NCBI GenBank assembly: GCA_947627595.1
Contig: CANQWQ010000008.1
Span: 2,198 to 66,197, forward strand
Reading direction: 5' to 3'
DNA: 64,000 bases
Source of the DNA: an uncultured Clostridia bacterium
GTDB lineage: Bacteria > Bacillota > Clostridia > TANB77 > CAG-508
The first letter of the stretch is position 1; the number at the start of each line of letters is the position of its first letter. The notes below the pieces were generated by a model that was not told where the DNA came from, did not search any database, and saw nothing but the letters and a program-made list of their open reading frames with translations. A program made the translations under genes and the position numbers. This document shows, one piece after another, positions 16,662 through 28,331 of this stretch.

Positions 16662-18493
16662 TTACATTTGAAATTGTGAGTTATATAAATCTGCGTAAAA
16701 TCCACCTTGTGCCATAAGTTCTTCATGATTTCCTTGTTCAATAATATTTCCATGATTCATAACTAAAATTAAATCAGCATTTTTAATTGTTGATAGCCTG
16801 TGAGCAATTATAAATGAAGTTTTTCCAACCATAAGTTTATCCATCGCATCTTGAACAAGTTCTTCTGTTCTTGTATCAACATTTGAAGTAGCTTCATCTA
16901 AAATCAAGAAAGGCGTATCTTGTATCATTCCTCTAGCAATTGTTAAAAGCTGTCTTTGACCACTTGAAACACTATCATTATCAGAAAGTTTACTATCATA
17001 ACCTTTTGGAAGTGTTTTAATAAAGTGATTTATTCCAACTGTTTTACAAACATCTTGAACAGTCTCATTTGACACATCTTCCCTATTATAAATAATATTT
17101 TCTCTAACAGTTCCATCAAATAACCATGTATCTTGTAAAACCATAGTAAATAAACTATGAATATTTTCACGAGTTAAGTCTTTTGTAGAGATTCCATCAA
17201 TTTTAATATCACCTGAAGTAATATCATAGAATTTCATCAAAAGATTAACCATTGTAGTTTTTCCGGCACCTGTAGGTCCAACAATTGCAACCTTTTGGCC
17301 AGGCTCAGCTGTAGCTGTAAAACCATTTATTGTTGGGTGATCATTTCCGTCATATTGGAATACAACATTTTGGAATTCAATTTTTCCTTTAACTTTGTCT
17401 TTATCTAAATTTTTTGTTATTTTTTCTTGTGATTCCATTTCTTTTTCATCTAAAAATTCAAAAACTCTTTCACTAGCTGCTGCAGATGATTGAAGCATAT
17501 TCATTGCTTGAGCAATTTGTGATAATGGTGATGTAAATAGTCTTACATATGTAATAAAAGCAACTATAACACCAAAACTAATTATATCTTTCATTGTTAA
17601 AATTGCTCCAACAACGCAAACTGCAACATATCCAAAATTTCCAATAAAGTTCATGATAGGTTGCATTAATCCACCTAAAAATTGACTTTTTCTGTTTGCA
17701 TCATAAACAGCTTTATTATATTTATCAAACTTTTCATCTGCTTCTTTTTTTCCATTATAAACTTTTACAACATTTAAACCAGAATAAACCTCTTCTATAT
17801 GTGCATTAAGGTTTCCAAGTTCTTTTTGACGTGCTGAAAAATATTTTTGAGCTTTCCCTAAAATTAAGAACATGAATATAAAACCTATTACACTAGCTCC
17901 AATGGCTGTAAAAGCTAATATCCAGTTTGTTTTAAACATCATAAAGACAGTTCCTAAAAATAATGTAACAGAGCTAACTAAAGTAGCTAAAGCATTATTT
18001 GTAGATTGCGCTATTGTATCAACATCATTTGTGATTCTTGATAAAATATCACCTGTTTGATGTTTATCAAAATATCTTAATGGTAATTTATTTATTTTTA
18101 AAGAAATATTTTTTCTAAGTCTTCTCGCAAAATTATTTGAAGCATCTGTCATTAATATTGATTGAATAAATGTGAAAATTGCACTTGCTATATACATAAC
18201 TGCAAGAGTTATTGCAATATTTTTAATTACTTCCATGTCCATTTTGCCAAAAAGGCCTTTTTGAATTTCATTTGCTAAATCTTTTAATTTGTCAGGCGCC
18301 ATAATTGATAAAACAGAACCTGCAATAGCTAAAATTAATGAAATTAAAATAAAAACTCTAAAATGTGCTAATTCTTTAAATAATCTTTTTATAGCTGATT
18401 TAAAATTCTTTGGTTTTTCAGCTGGGCCTCTACCGTCTACCCATTGGGCCTCTTCTTGGAGGATTGTTTCTTGGTCTTTCTTCTATTCCGCAT
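16662..18493 (-). CDS. ABC exporter, fused permease/ATPase (second subunit of a heterodimer); needs +1 at CGG 18488 and 18433
   Basis: ATG 18493 behind AAAGGAGG gives M-G-IEERPRNNPPRRGPMGR-G-RGPAEKPKNFKSAIKRLFKEL..., continuing into ORF 16662..18302. Walker A GPTGAGKTT, signature SSGQRQ, Walker B ILDEATS. Confidence 0.85.
18433..18435 (-). other. In-frame CGG at an ORF junction (putative +1 recoding site), ABC exporter B
   Basis: GGT AGA CGG TAG, so the 0 frame stops immediately. The +1 reading gives GR-G-RGPAEKPKNF. Confidence 0.7.
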
Positions 18494-20251
18494 TTTCCAA
18501 TTCCTCCTTTGACAATTGTGATAGAGCTATCTGCTTATAAACTTCGCAATTTTCTAATAGCTCTTTATGTGTTCCCTGTCCAACTACAGTTCCTTCATCT
18601 AAAACTATAATTTTATCAGCATTCATAATTGTTCCAATTCTTTGTGCAACAATTAGAGATGTCGCATTTTTAGTATATTTCTTAAGTTCATGTCTTAAAT
18701 TACTATCTGTTTTATAATCTAAAGCTGAAAATGAATCATCAAAAATATAAATTTCAGGGTCTCTAGCAATTGCTCTAGCTATAGCTAATCTTTGTTTTTG
18801 GCCACCAGATATATTTGTTCCTCCGTGAAGCAACATGTGATTCATAGCCTTCATCCATCTCTTCTACGAAATCTGTAGCTTGAGCAACTTTAATAGCATT
18901 TTTTATTATTTCTTCGCTTTTCTTTCCTTTTCCGTTTTCACCATAAGCAACATTATAATTAACACTTCCGTCAAACATAACTGCTTTTTGAGGAATATAG
19001 CCAAGTTTATTATATAAACTCTCTAATTTATAATCTTTAACATTTATTCCATTAACTAAGACTTCTCCATCAGTAGCATCATAAAATCTAGGAATTAAAT
19101 TTATAAGTGTAGATTTTCCTGAACCTGTTGAACCTATGAAAGCTACTGTATCACCCTGATTTGCTTTAAATGAAATATCTTTTAGCAAATATTCTTCGGC
19201 ATCTGGATATTTAAATGAAACATTTTTAAATTCAACTGTTCCAACTTCTTTAGCAGTATTTCCAGTTAATCTTCCACTCTTGATACTGCAATTAGTATCT
19301 AGAACTTCATTTATACGGTCTGCTGATACTTTAGCTCTTGGAAGGATCATAAATATCATAGCAAGCATTATGAATGACATTATAACTTGCATTCCATATG
19401 AGCTAAATACAACCATATCGCCGAATAATCCTATTTTCTCTAACATTCCGGCATTATTAATTAAATGTGCTCCAATATAATAAATTCCTAAAGTTAAGAA
19501 ATACATTATCAAATACATTATTGGTGATAAAATTGCCATAGTTTTTTGGTTAAATAATTGTGTATTTGTAAGTTCATTATTTACATCATCAAATTTATTT
19601 TCTTGATATTCTTCAGCATTAAAAGCTCTAACAACTCTTATTCCAGTAAGATTTTCTCTAGCAACTCCATTTAATTTATCAATTAATTTTTGAACTCTCT
19701 TGAATCTAGGAATTACAATTCCCATAAGAGTTCCAATTGTAATTAATAAAACTACAACACCTGCACCTGTAACTGCGCTCCATTGCCAGCTTTTATTTAA
19801 AATCTTAGTTATAGCCCAAACTGCATTAATTGGAGCTTTTATAAGCATTTGCATACCCATTGCAATAAACATTTGAATTTGAGTTATATCGTTTGTAGTT
19901 CTAGTAATCAAGCTACTTGTTGAAAATTGCTTTATTTCAGCAGTAGACAACTCTTCTACTTTTGAAAACAATTTCTTTCTAACTGAAAATGAAAATCTAG
20001 CTGAAACATTTGAAATCAAGTATCCAACAATTATTGCAGAAACTAAACTTGCAAATGCACAAGCAACCATATATCCACCATTTTTCAAAATTTCAGACAT
20101 TTCACTTCCGCTCAGTTTGAACTAAACGGGTTATTTCAGACATGTAATCTGGCATTTTTAGTTCAAGCCAAACTTGTGCAAATATTAACGCAAAACTTAT
20201 TAATATTACCAACACATCTTTTTTAGTTAAATTTTTAGCTAATTTAAACAT
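18483..20251 (-). CDS. ABC exporter, fused permease/ATPase (first subunit); needs +1 at CGG 20108 and 18823
   Basis: MFKLAKNLTKKDVLVILISFALIFAQVWLELKMPDYMSEITRLVQTE-G-SEMSEIL..., Walker A GSTGSGKST, then HVAS-G-GTNISGGQKQRLAIARA and IFDDSFSALD. Overlaps the downstream gene start by 11 nt. Confidence 0.85.
18488..18490 (-). other. In-frame CGG as codon 2 (putative +1 recoding site), ABC exporter B
   Basis: AAAGGAGGAATTGGAAA ATG CGG AAT. The 0 frame is only 18 codons long. The +1 reading gives M-G-IEERPRN. Confidence 0.65.
18823..18825 (-). other. In-frame CGG at an ORF junction (putative +1 recoding site), ABC exporter A
   Basis: GCT TCA CGG AGG. The +1 reading gives HVAS-G-GTNISGGQKQRL, which equals ORF 18483..18854. 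Confidence 0.75.
20108..20110 (-). other. In-frame CGG at an ORF junction (putative +1 recoding site), ABC exporter A
   Basis: ACT GAG CGG AAG TGA. The +1 reading gives VQTE-G-SEMSEILKNGGYM, which equals ORF 18775..20100. Confidence 0.7.
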
Positions 20252-20290
20252 AAAATTTCCTTTCTATAGTTATAAAGTTGAATTTTCAAA

Positions 20291-20486
20291 AATCAAATAT
20301 GATAACAAAAATTGAGTGAAGGTGCGAATGTAGGAGTTTTTTTATTAGAATATGTTAAGGTTTGAAATGGGAGGCTTGGGTCTCCGGGGGTCCAAGAGGG
20401 GTTCCTGTTTCAAAACTGTTACATATTCAAGAAAAAAATCTCCGCCCCGAGCACCGTAATGAAATTTTTAGTTATCAAATTTGATT
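20291..20486. other. ~200-nt long imperfect hairpin element with a GC-rich centre
   Basis: Nested complementary arms: aatcaaatatgataacaaaaatt / aatttttagttatcaaatttgatt, then gaatatgttaaggtttgaaa / tttcaaaactgttacatattc, then GGTGC/GCACC, GGAG/CTCC and cttgg/ccaag. The centre is TGGGAGGCTTGGGTCTCCGGGGGTCCAAGAGGGG. Confidence 0.5.
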
Positions 20487-20510
20487 CTATAATATTAGTC
20501 TTAAACCAAG

Positions 20511-20539
20511 ATTAAAAATTGGTAAGTTTTGCTTACCAA
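20511..20539 (-). terminator. Rho-independent terminator after the GT2 gene
   Basis: ttggtaag / cttaccaa stem plus a U-run on the minus strand, directly after the stop at 20541. Confidence 0.6.
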
Positions 20540-20540
20540 T

Positions 20541-21575
20541 TTATTTAAATATAAATCTTTTTTTTATAAAATAATTTGAAAAATAAATTATCGTGTTTAC
20601 TATAATTTTAATTAATATAATATAACTTAAAAATACTTTGCTTAACAAGTCTATAATTACTGTATTTACAAGCATTTGCACTATAAACAAAATAACATAT
20701 TTTGTAAATTCTTTTTTGCCTTGCTCATTTCCGCCATTTTTGAAAACCCAGAATTTATTAATTCCGAAATCAAAAACACCAGAAATTATTCTTGAAGCAA
20801 TATTTGACCAAAATACATTTAGTATTTTGAATACATTTAAAAATAACCAGAATAATAATATATCTAATATAGCGCAAACAATTGATGATATAACATTTTT
20901 AAAGAAATCTTTATAAATTCTGATTGAATCTAAAAGTGGATTAAAATAACTTACATTATTTTCTTCATAAACTGTTTCAATTGGAACTGAAACAATGTTG
21001 CAATTTTTATCTTTGCACCATTCCATTAAAACATTCATCTCATATTCATAACGAGCACCTTCTGTTTCTACGCTCATATCAAAATATTTTCTAGGAATTC
21101 CCCTTAAACCAGTTTGAGTGTCTTTTATCTTTTTCCCTGAAACAATTTTCAAATACCAAGCTGAAAATTTATTTCCAAATTTACTTCTAAAAGGAACATC
21201 ATCTTTGTCAAAGTCTCTAACTCCAAAGATTACATCTTTTTCATTCATTTTTTTTACGACTTTTTCAACATCTTTTATTAAATGTTGCCCATCACTATCC
21301 ATAGTGACGATTCCTTTTAAATCAGTATTATCTCTAATATATTTAATTCCGTCTTTTAAAGAAATTCCTTTTCCTTTATTTACTTCATGAACAATTATTT
21401 TAACACCATATTTTTCTTCAACAGTTCTAAAATTTTTCTTTGTCTCTTCTTTAGAACCATCATCAACAAAAAATATATTATTAAAATTAGATTCTTTTAA
21501 ACCTTTTACAATATCAATAATATTTTCTCTGGGATTAAGAGATGGTATCAATATTGCAACATCATCTTTTATCAT
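20541..21575 (-). CDS. Family 2 glycosyltransferase fused to a GtrA-like C-terminal membrane domain
   Basis: ILIPSLNP, VDDGS and MDSDGQH (DxD) motifs, then 4 C-terminal TM helices with FGINKFWVF. Confidence 0.8.
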   Translation of the reverse strand: MIKDDVAILIPSLNPRENIIDIVKGLKESNFNNIFFVDDGSKEETKKNFRTVEEKYGVKIIVHEVNKGKGISLKDGIKYIRDNTDLKGIVTMDSDGQHLIKDVEKVVKKMNEKDVIFGVRDFDKDDVPFRSKFGNKFSAWYLKIVSGKKIKDTQTGLRGIPRKYFDMSVETEGARYEYEMNVLMEWCKDKNCNIVSVPIETVYEENNVSYFNPLLDSIRIYKDFFKNVISSIVCAILDILLFWLFLNVFKILNVFWSNIASRIISGVFDFGINKFWVFKNGGNEQGKKEFTKYVILFIVQMLVNTVIIDLLSKVFLSYIILIKIIVNTIIYFSNYFIKKRFIFK

Positions 21576-21586
21576 TGCAATCCTTC

Positions 21587-23068
21587 CTAAATGACTAATA
21601 TCATTACTCTAAATAAAATCGTTATATTTATCAATAGACTTATATAATATGGAATATTTTTATCTATGTTTAATGTATCTTTTTTGCTTGGCAAACAAAC
21701 CAAAAACATAAGCATTACTGGAATCCAATATCTAGGTTGCAACCCACCTATAGTAGGAGTTCCAATTCCAATTGTATCAGCAGTCCATTGAAGATATAAT
21801 GATGTTGTAATTATAAAAATTATTAAAGCACCAATTAAAAATATTAAAATTGGTTTTACTTTTCCTAAATCTAAACTTGCCTCTTCCATATAAATTCCCA
21901 TAAGCAAAGCTATAAAATAGCCCATTTGAAGTAGTTCTGTAGGCAAATATATATTTTGTAAAATAGTATAATTAGTTGTAAATGAAAATACATATGTCCA
22001 ATCATCTAAAATATTTTTAACAAATATTTTTAAATATTGAATTGGATGTGAAAGCACAAACTCTTTTTGTAATTTCATATTTTCGTAAGAATCATTAATT
22101 GAACCTGTGATATTAAACACATTTATAAGTGTAGCAACTAGAACAATTCCACAAATTATACACAATATTTTAGCTTTCTTTTTGTTTGTTCCGCCAAAAC
22201 ATTCTTTAGGTAAAAATAATACAAGCAAAAATTCTAAAGCATAGACCATTTTAGCATATCCAGCTAAAATTCCTGTAATAATTATTAAAACTATATCTTT
22301 AACTGAAATTTGTTTTTTCTCATAATATAATTTGTACCAAATGGCTATAAATACTATTATTGAACTATTTGTTAAAAGATCAGCTGTTACAGTAGCGCCA
22401 GAACTTAAAAGAATTGGCATCAGACAAAATAGAGCCAAAAAATCTTTTCTTTTTGGAATAGTTTTTATAGCATAAATTGATAAAAGCAAATACGTTAAAA
22501 AGCCAAAAAATCTAGCAGATGTTACAATCAAAAACAAATTTGATTTTACTAAAAACCCCAATACCCAAACAGGTATTAAATATGGCAAATATGATATAGG
22601 AGTATAAAGTCTAGCACCTCTATATTTATTAGCTTCTACTAAATTATCATCTATTATTTTTGTTTTTAAATACGAAAAATTTCCATTATGTTCAGGAATT
22701 TTATTAGTTTTTAATATTTCTTCTGGAATTACATAATCACCAGAATCTGTTGTTTTACTATCCATGAAAAATGAGTAAACTCTAGAAAAGTGAGCTGTTT
22801 CATCTATTCCTCTAAGCAGAGGTGAAATGAAAATATATCCAACACCAATAAATGTAGCAATTATAGCAAATTTCGTAGAAGGGCTTAGCTCTTTTTTAGA
22901 AAATAATATAACAAGTGCATTTAAAGCTATTCCACATAAAACAATAACAGCAACCTTAACTTTTTCTTCTATAGTATCAATTGAATTATTAAAAACAAAA
23001 TCTTTTAGAAAATAAATAATCGCAAAATTAAATATAAACAAAAATAATAAATTTATTTTTTTCTTCAT
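21587..23068 (-). CDS. Large polytopic membrane protein (GT-C/DUF2142-like, possible glycan polymerase or transferase)
   Basis: 493 aa, >10 TM, with an early loop motif RGIDETAHFSRVY. Lies in an operon with the GT2 gene. Confidence 0.55.
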   Translation of the reverse strand: MKKKINLLFLFIFNFAIIYFLKDFVFNNSIDTIEEKVKVAVIVLCGIALNALVILFSKKELSPSTKFAIIATFIGVGYIFISPLLRGIDETAHFSRVYSFFMDSKTTDSGDYVIPEEILKTNKIPEHNGNFSYLKTKIIDDNLVEANKYRGARLYTPISYLPYLIPVWVLGFLVKSNLFLIVTSARFFGFLTYLLLSIYAIKTIPKRKDFLALFCLMPILLSSGATVTADLLTNSSIIVFIAIWYKLYYEKKQISVKDIVLIIITGILAGYAKMVYALEFLLVLFLPKECFGGTNKKKAKILCIICGIVLVATLINVFNITGSINDSYENMKLQKEFVLSHPIQYLKIFVKNILDDWTYVFSFTTNYTILQNIYLPTELLQMGYFIALLMGIYMEEASLDLGKVKPILIFLIGALIIFIITTSLYLQWTADTIGIGTPTIGGLQPRYWIPVMLMFLVCLPSKKDTLNIDKNIPYYISLLINITILFRVMILVI

Positions 23069-23076
23069 TACTTCCC

Positions 23077-24366
<1,290 letters not shown>

Positions 24367-24387
24367 TTAATATTTCAAACTATCATA

Positions 24388-24415
24388 ATTATATTATATC
24401 CGTCAAAATTGTCAA
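24388..24415 (-). promoter_or_regulatory. Putative sigma-A promoter of purA
   Basis: TTGACA (24415-24410), a 16-nt spacer, then TATAAT (24393-24388) on the minus strand. Confidence 0.5.
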
Positions 24416-24515
24416 TACCTTTTTCATACCGTTCGAACGAGAATGCTCTCGCACTAGCTAGTAAAGTTCAACACAATAACAAAGTACACAAATTTTTAGT
24501 TATTGTGGTGAACGT

Positions 24516-25541
24516 TTAATTAAATAATGATTTTAAGTTTCCTTTTCCGTTTTGAGAATGAACTTCTAAAATTGAACCAGATATTATTGGAATTTGAGGG
24601 GCTAGGTGGCCAATGTCGACGCCTGAAACGATTGGAAAATCAAGACCTTCTAGTGCATCTAAAATTGATTGTTCATATGAAATATCATAATCAGCCCTTA
24701 CCATTAATGGCCTTCCAAAAATTATTCCTTTGCAATTATCAAAAAGCCCCATATTTCTCATTCTCCAAAGAGTTCTATAATTCTCTGGTGAAGTTCCTTC
24801 AAATTCTTCTAAAAACCAAACTATTCCATCTTCTTTATATTTTTCACAATATTCTTTTAATTTATCAAATTTACTTCCTATTATAACTTCACGAAGTAAA
24901 TCTATGCATCCTCCTATACATCTACCTTTAAAAGAAACCTCTTCTCCACCTTTAAGGTTTACATATTTAACATCATCTACTAAATTAAATCCATAATATG
25001 GATTTTCATCATCACTAGCAAATCCAAATTTCTCGCACTTTTCATAAGAATTTTGGACAAATTCTTCTTTTTCCATAAGTCTTAATGAATTTGTTAAACT
25101 TTCATGAAGATTACCCATTCCAAAAGACTTGAAATTTGGGCCATAGATTGAAGCTGTGTCACATAAAATATTAAAAGTTAAAGTTAAGTTTGTGCAATCT
25201 GAATAACCCATTATCCATTTTGGAGGAAGTAATGAAAGGTCATAAAAATCTAAATAATCTAACATTTCACAAGCAAAATCTCCGCCTTCTAAAAAGATTA
25301 TTGCTTTAACAGTTTCATCTTTATAAAGCTCCATAAATTGTCTTACTCTTTCTTCTGCAGATGAGCTTCTTCCATTAGAAAAAGTCTTGCAGTTTTCAGT
25401 TGTTTTAACTTTATAACCTAAATTTTCTAGATTTCTAATTGCGTTTTCAAATCTTAATAAATCTTGATCATTATCTATTCCACAAGAAATCGCTGTAACC
25501 CCTATATAATCGCCTTTATTTAATTTTTCTGGATATCTCAT
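24516..25541 (-). CDS. S66 family LD-carboxypeptidase (MccF-like)
   Basis: GDYIGVTAIS, SSSAEERVRQF and MGYSDCTNL (nucleophile Ser) motifs. Start at MRYPEKL behind GGAGGAAATT. Confidence 0.75.
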   Translation of the reverse strand: MRYPEKLNKGDYIGVTAISCGIDNDQDLLRFENAIRNLENLGYKVKTTENCKTFSNGRSSSAEERVRQFMELYKDETVKAIIFLEGGDFACEMLDYLDFYDLSLLPPKWIMGYSDCTNLTLTFNILCDTASIYGPNFKSFGMGNLHESLTNSLRLMEKEEFVQNSYEKCEKFGFASDDENPYYGFNLVDDVKYVNLKGGEEVSFKGRCIGGCIDLLREVIIGSKFDKLKEYCEKYKEDGIVWFLEEFEGTSPENYRTLWRMRNMGLFDNCKGIIFGRPLMVRADYDISYEQSILDALEGLDFPIVSGVDIGHLAPQIPIISGSILEVHSQNGKGNLKSLFN

Positions 25542-25661
25542 AATTTCCTCCAAAGCCTAATTTATATTGAAATTTTATCATAAAGATATTTTGTTTTCAA
25601 TGAAATTAAGATAAAATTAAGACAAAAAAACTCCTCTATTTCTAGAGGAGTTAATTGATTT

Positions 25662-26537
25662 TTATTGTAATTGTTTCATAACTTCTTCAGCAAAGTTCTC
25701 TTCTTTTTTCTCGATTCCTTCACCTTTTTCAAATCTAACAAATCTAGTAACTTCAGCGTTGTTAGCTTTTAACATATCAGAAACTTTTTGATTTCCATCT
25801 TTAACAAATGGTTGATCAACTAAGCAAATTTCTGCATAGAATTTTCCAATTCTACCTTGAACCATTTTTTCAGCTATTTCAGCAGGTTTTCCTTCATTCA
25901 TAGCTTGTGCTTTTAAGATTTCCATCTCTTTAGCAACTCTATCTTGTGGAACTTCTTTATCATAAACATATTCAGGTCTAGCTGCAGCTATTTGCATACA
26001 AACGTCTTTAGCTACAACTCCTTCACCTTTAGCCATATCAACTAAAACAGCGATTTTTCCATCACCATGAATGTAGCTTTCAAGTGATCCTGTTGTTTCA
26101 TATCTTTCAAATCTTCTGATTGTCATGTTTTCACCGATTGTATAGATTTTATCTTTTAAAACTTCGTCAACTGTTTTTCCTGTTTCTAAATATTTAGTAG
26201 CAAGTAAAGCTTCAACATCTTTTGGATTTTCTGTAGCTACGATTTTAGCAACATCAGCAACAAAAGTTCTAAATTCTTCGTTTTTAGCAACGAAATCTGT
26301 TTCAGCGTTAACTTCAACAATTGAACCAACTTTTTTGTTGTCTGTAACATAAGTAGCAACTAAGCCTTCAGCAGCTATTCTTCCAGCTTTTTTACCAGCT
26401 TTAGCGATTCCTCTTTCTCTTAAAAGCTCTGCAGCTTTTTCCATATCTCCATTTGCTTCAGTTAAAACTTTTTTGCAGTCCATCATTCCTGCACCAGTTT
26501 TATCTCTTAAATCTTTTACCATAGCAGCACTGATCAT
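25662..26537 (-). CDS. tsf: Translation elongation factor Ts
   Basis: MISAAMVKDLRDKTGAGMMDCKKVL... Canonical EF-Ts in the rpsB-tsf gene order. Confidence 0.95.
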   Translation of the reverse strand: MISAAMVKDLRDKTGAGMMDCKKVLTEANGDMEKAAELLRERGIAKAGKKAGRIAAEGLVATYVTDNKKVGSIVEVNAETDFVAKNEEFRTFVADVAKIVATENPKDVEALLATKYLETGKTVDEVLKDKIYTIGENMTIRRFERYETTGSLESYIHGDGKIAVLVDMAKGEGVVAKDVCMQIAAARPEYVYDKEVPQDRVAKEMEILKAQAMNEGKPAEIAEKMVQGRIGKFYAEICLVDQPFVKDGNQKVSDMLKANNAEVTRFVRFEKGEGIEKKEENFAEEVMKQLQ

Positions 26538-26579
26538 AATTATTCTCCAATCTGTTTTGCTTAAACAAAACTATTAAAA

Positions 26580-27410
26580 TTATTTATTTTCTTCGTTGCT
26601 TTCTTCTTTTTTCTCTTCTTCTTTAACTTCTTCTTCAGCAACAACTTCTTCCATTGAAGGTTCTTCTTTAACTTCTTCACTAGCTTCTTCATTAGCTACT
26701 GGAGCTTCTGTTGATACTTCGCTATCAACACCTTGTTTTCCTTCAATAATACTATTTGCTATACAATCAGCTATTAATTTAACAGCTCTTATAGCATCAT
26801 CATTTCCAGGAATAGCATAATCAACTTCTTCTGGATTACAGTTAGTGTCTACTAAACCTACAACTGGAATTCCTAATTTATGAGCTTCAAGAACAGCGAT
26901 ATGTTCTTTCTTAGGATCAACTACAAACATAACTCCTGGAATTTCTTTCATATCTTTGATTCCACCAAGATTTTTTTGTAATTTTTCCATTTCTTTCTTT
27001 AAAAGAATAACTTCTTTTTTAGGTAATACTTCAAAAGTTCCGTCTTCTTGCATTTTTTCAAGATCTTCTAATCTTTTGATTCTACCTTGAATTGTATTAT
27101 AGTTTGTAAGCATTCCACCTAACCATCTTTGGTCAACATAGTACATTCCGCATTTTTCAGCTGCTTCTTTAATACATTCTTGAGCTTGTTTTTTAGTTCC
27201 TACAAAAAGAACTGTTTTTCCTTCTTCAGCTTGTTCTTTAACGAATGCATAAGCTTCGTCTAATTTTTTTGATGTTTTTTGTAAATCGATAATGTGGATT
27301 CCATTTCTAGCTTGGAAAATATATTCAGCCATTTTTGGATCCCATCTTCTAGTTTGATGTCCGAAATGAACACCAGCTTCTAGTAATTGTTTCATTGCAA
27401 CTACTGCCAT
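26580..27410 (-). CDS. rpsB: 30S ribosomal protein S2 (with an acidic C-terminal tail)
   Basis: [27 protein letters not shown]... Canonical S2, plus an E/K-rich ~40-aa tail. Confidence 0.95.
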   Translation of the reverse strand: MAVVAMKQLLEAGVHFGHQTRRWDPKMAEYIFQARNGIHIIDLQKTSKKLDEAYAFVKEQAEEGKTVLFVGTKKQAQECIKEAAEKCGMYYVDQRWLGGMLTNYNTIQGRIKRLEDLEKMQEDGTFEVLPKKEVILLKKEMEKLQKNLGGIKDMKEIPGVMFVVDPKKEHIAVLEAHKLGIPVVGLVDTNCNPEEVDYAIPGNDDAIRAVKLIADCIANSIIEGKQGVDSEVSTEAPVANEEASEEVKEEPSMEEVVAEEEVKEEEKKEESNEENK

Positions 27411-27598
27411 TTTTAAATTCCTCCTTGATTTTGTTTTACCTCTGTATACCGTAAACGCTTAGAGACTACTATTTTTCAAGCATCAGTCTTAAACTAGATA
27501 TACATGCGTAATAAATATTTTGGCAAAACAAAAGGTATAATCTTTTGTTTCGCAACACCAAGATTATACCAGGAAAATGCTTATAAGTCAAGAGTTTT

Positions 27599-28300
27599 TT
27601 ACTTTAATAATTTACATTTTTCGTTTCTTTCTGTGAATTTTTCTTCGATTTTATCGACGATCTCGTTTAGACCTTCTGTTTTGCCTTCGTCAACGGCGTT
27701 TTTAAGTTCTTCAACTTTGGTTGAAATAGTAGCTTCAACTCCTGCTAAAGATTGATGGCTCATTGGATCACTGTATCTTGCGATTTCTTGAACTTTTTCA
27801 ACTTTTTTCTTTAATTCTTCATCTTGAATTTTTCCAGCAACTAAGCCTAAATCAGCAGCTATAGATTTTACAAAATATACTTTTTCTTTTTGATGTTGCT
27901 CTAAGTCTGAGATTGTATTTTTTCCCATAACTGAAGCAATTATAAAGAAAGCATATACAGCATGTAAAATGACTTCCAAAACAACTAATAATGCCATTGG
28001 TCCTTCATTGAAAATCATACAAATAAAGCCTACTATTAATTGTGCTACAAAATAAATTAATGTAATATAATAAACTGAAAATGAATTTAAAAGTGATTTA
28101 ACTTCTTCACCTTTTTTTACTAAAAGATATGGTAAACCAGCTGTGATTACAGTAGCAACAAGTGAGAAAAACCATCCAAACCAGAAACCACTTTCTTTAT
28201 TATCTCCCCAGATTAAAAATGTTATTATAGTGTAAACTATAAAAACTATAACTGGAATTAAAGAAACTAAAACTTTGTTATTTAATTTTCTTTTACTCAT
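27599..28300 (-). CDS. Membrane protein with a cytoplasmic helical C-domain
   Basis: 233 aa. Four N-terminal TM helices, then a charged coiled-coil region. Co-directional with the SPFH-like gene upstream. Confidence 0.55.
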   Translation of the reverse strand: MSKRKLNNKVLVSLIPVIVFIVYTIITFLIWGDNKESGFWFGWFFSLVATVITAGLPYLLVKKGEEVKSLLNSFSVYYITLIYFVAQLIVGFICMIFNEGPMALLVVLEVILHAVYAFFIIASVMGKNTISDLEQHQKEKVYFVKSIAADLGLVAGKIQDEELKKKVEKVQEIARYSDPMSHQSLAGVEATISTKVEELKNAVDEGKTEGLNEIVDKIEEKFTERNEKCKLLK

Positions 28301-28331
28301 TTTTTTCTCCTTCCATTTTGAACTTTACTAA

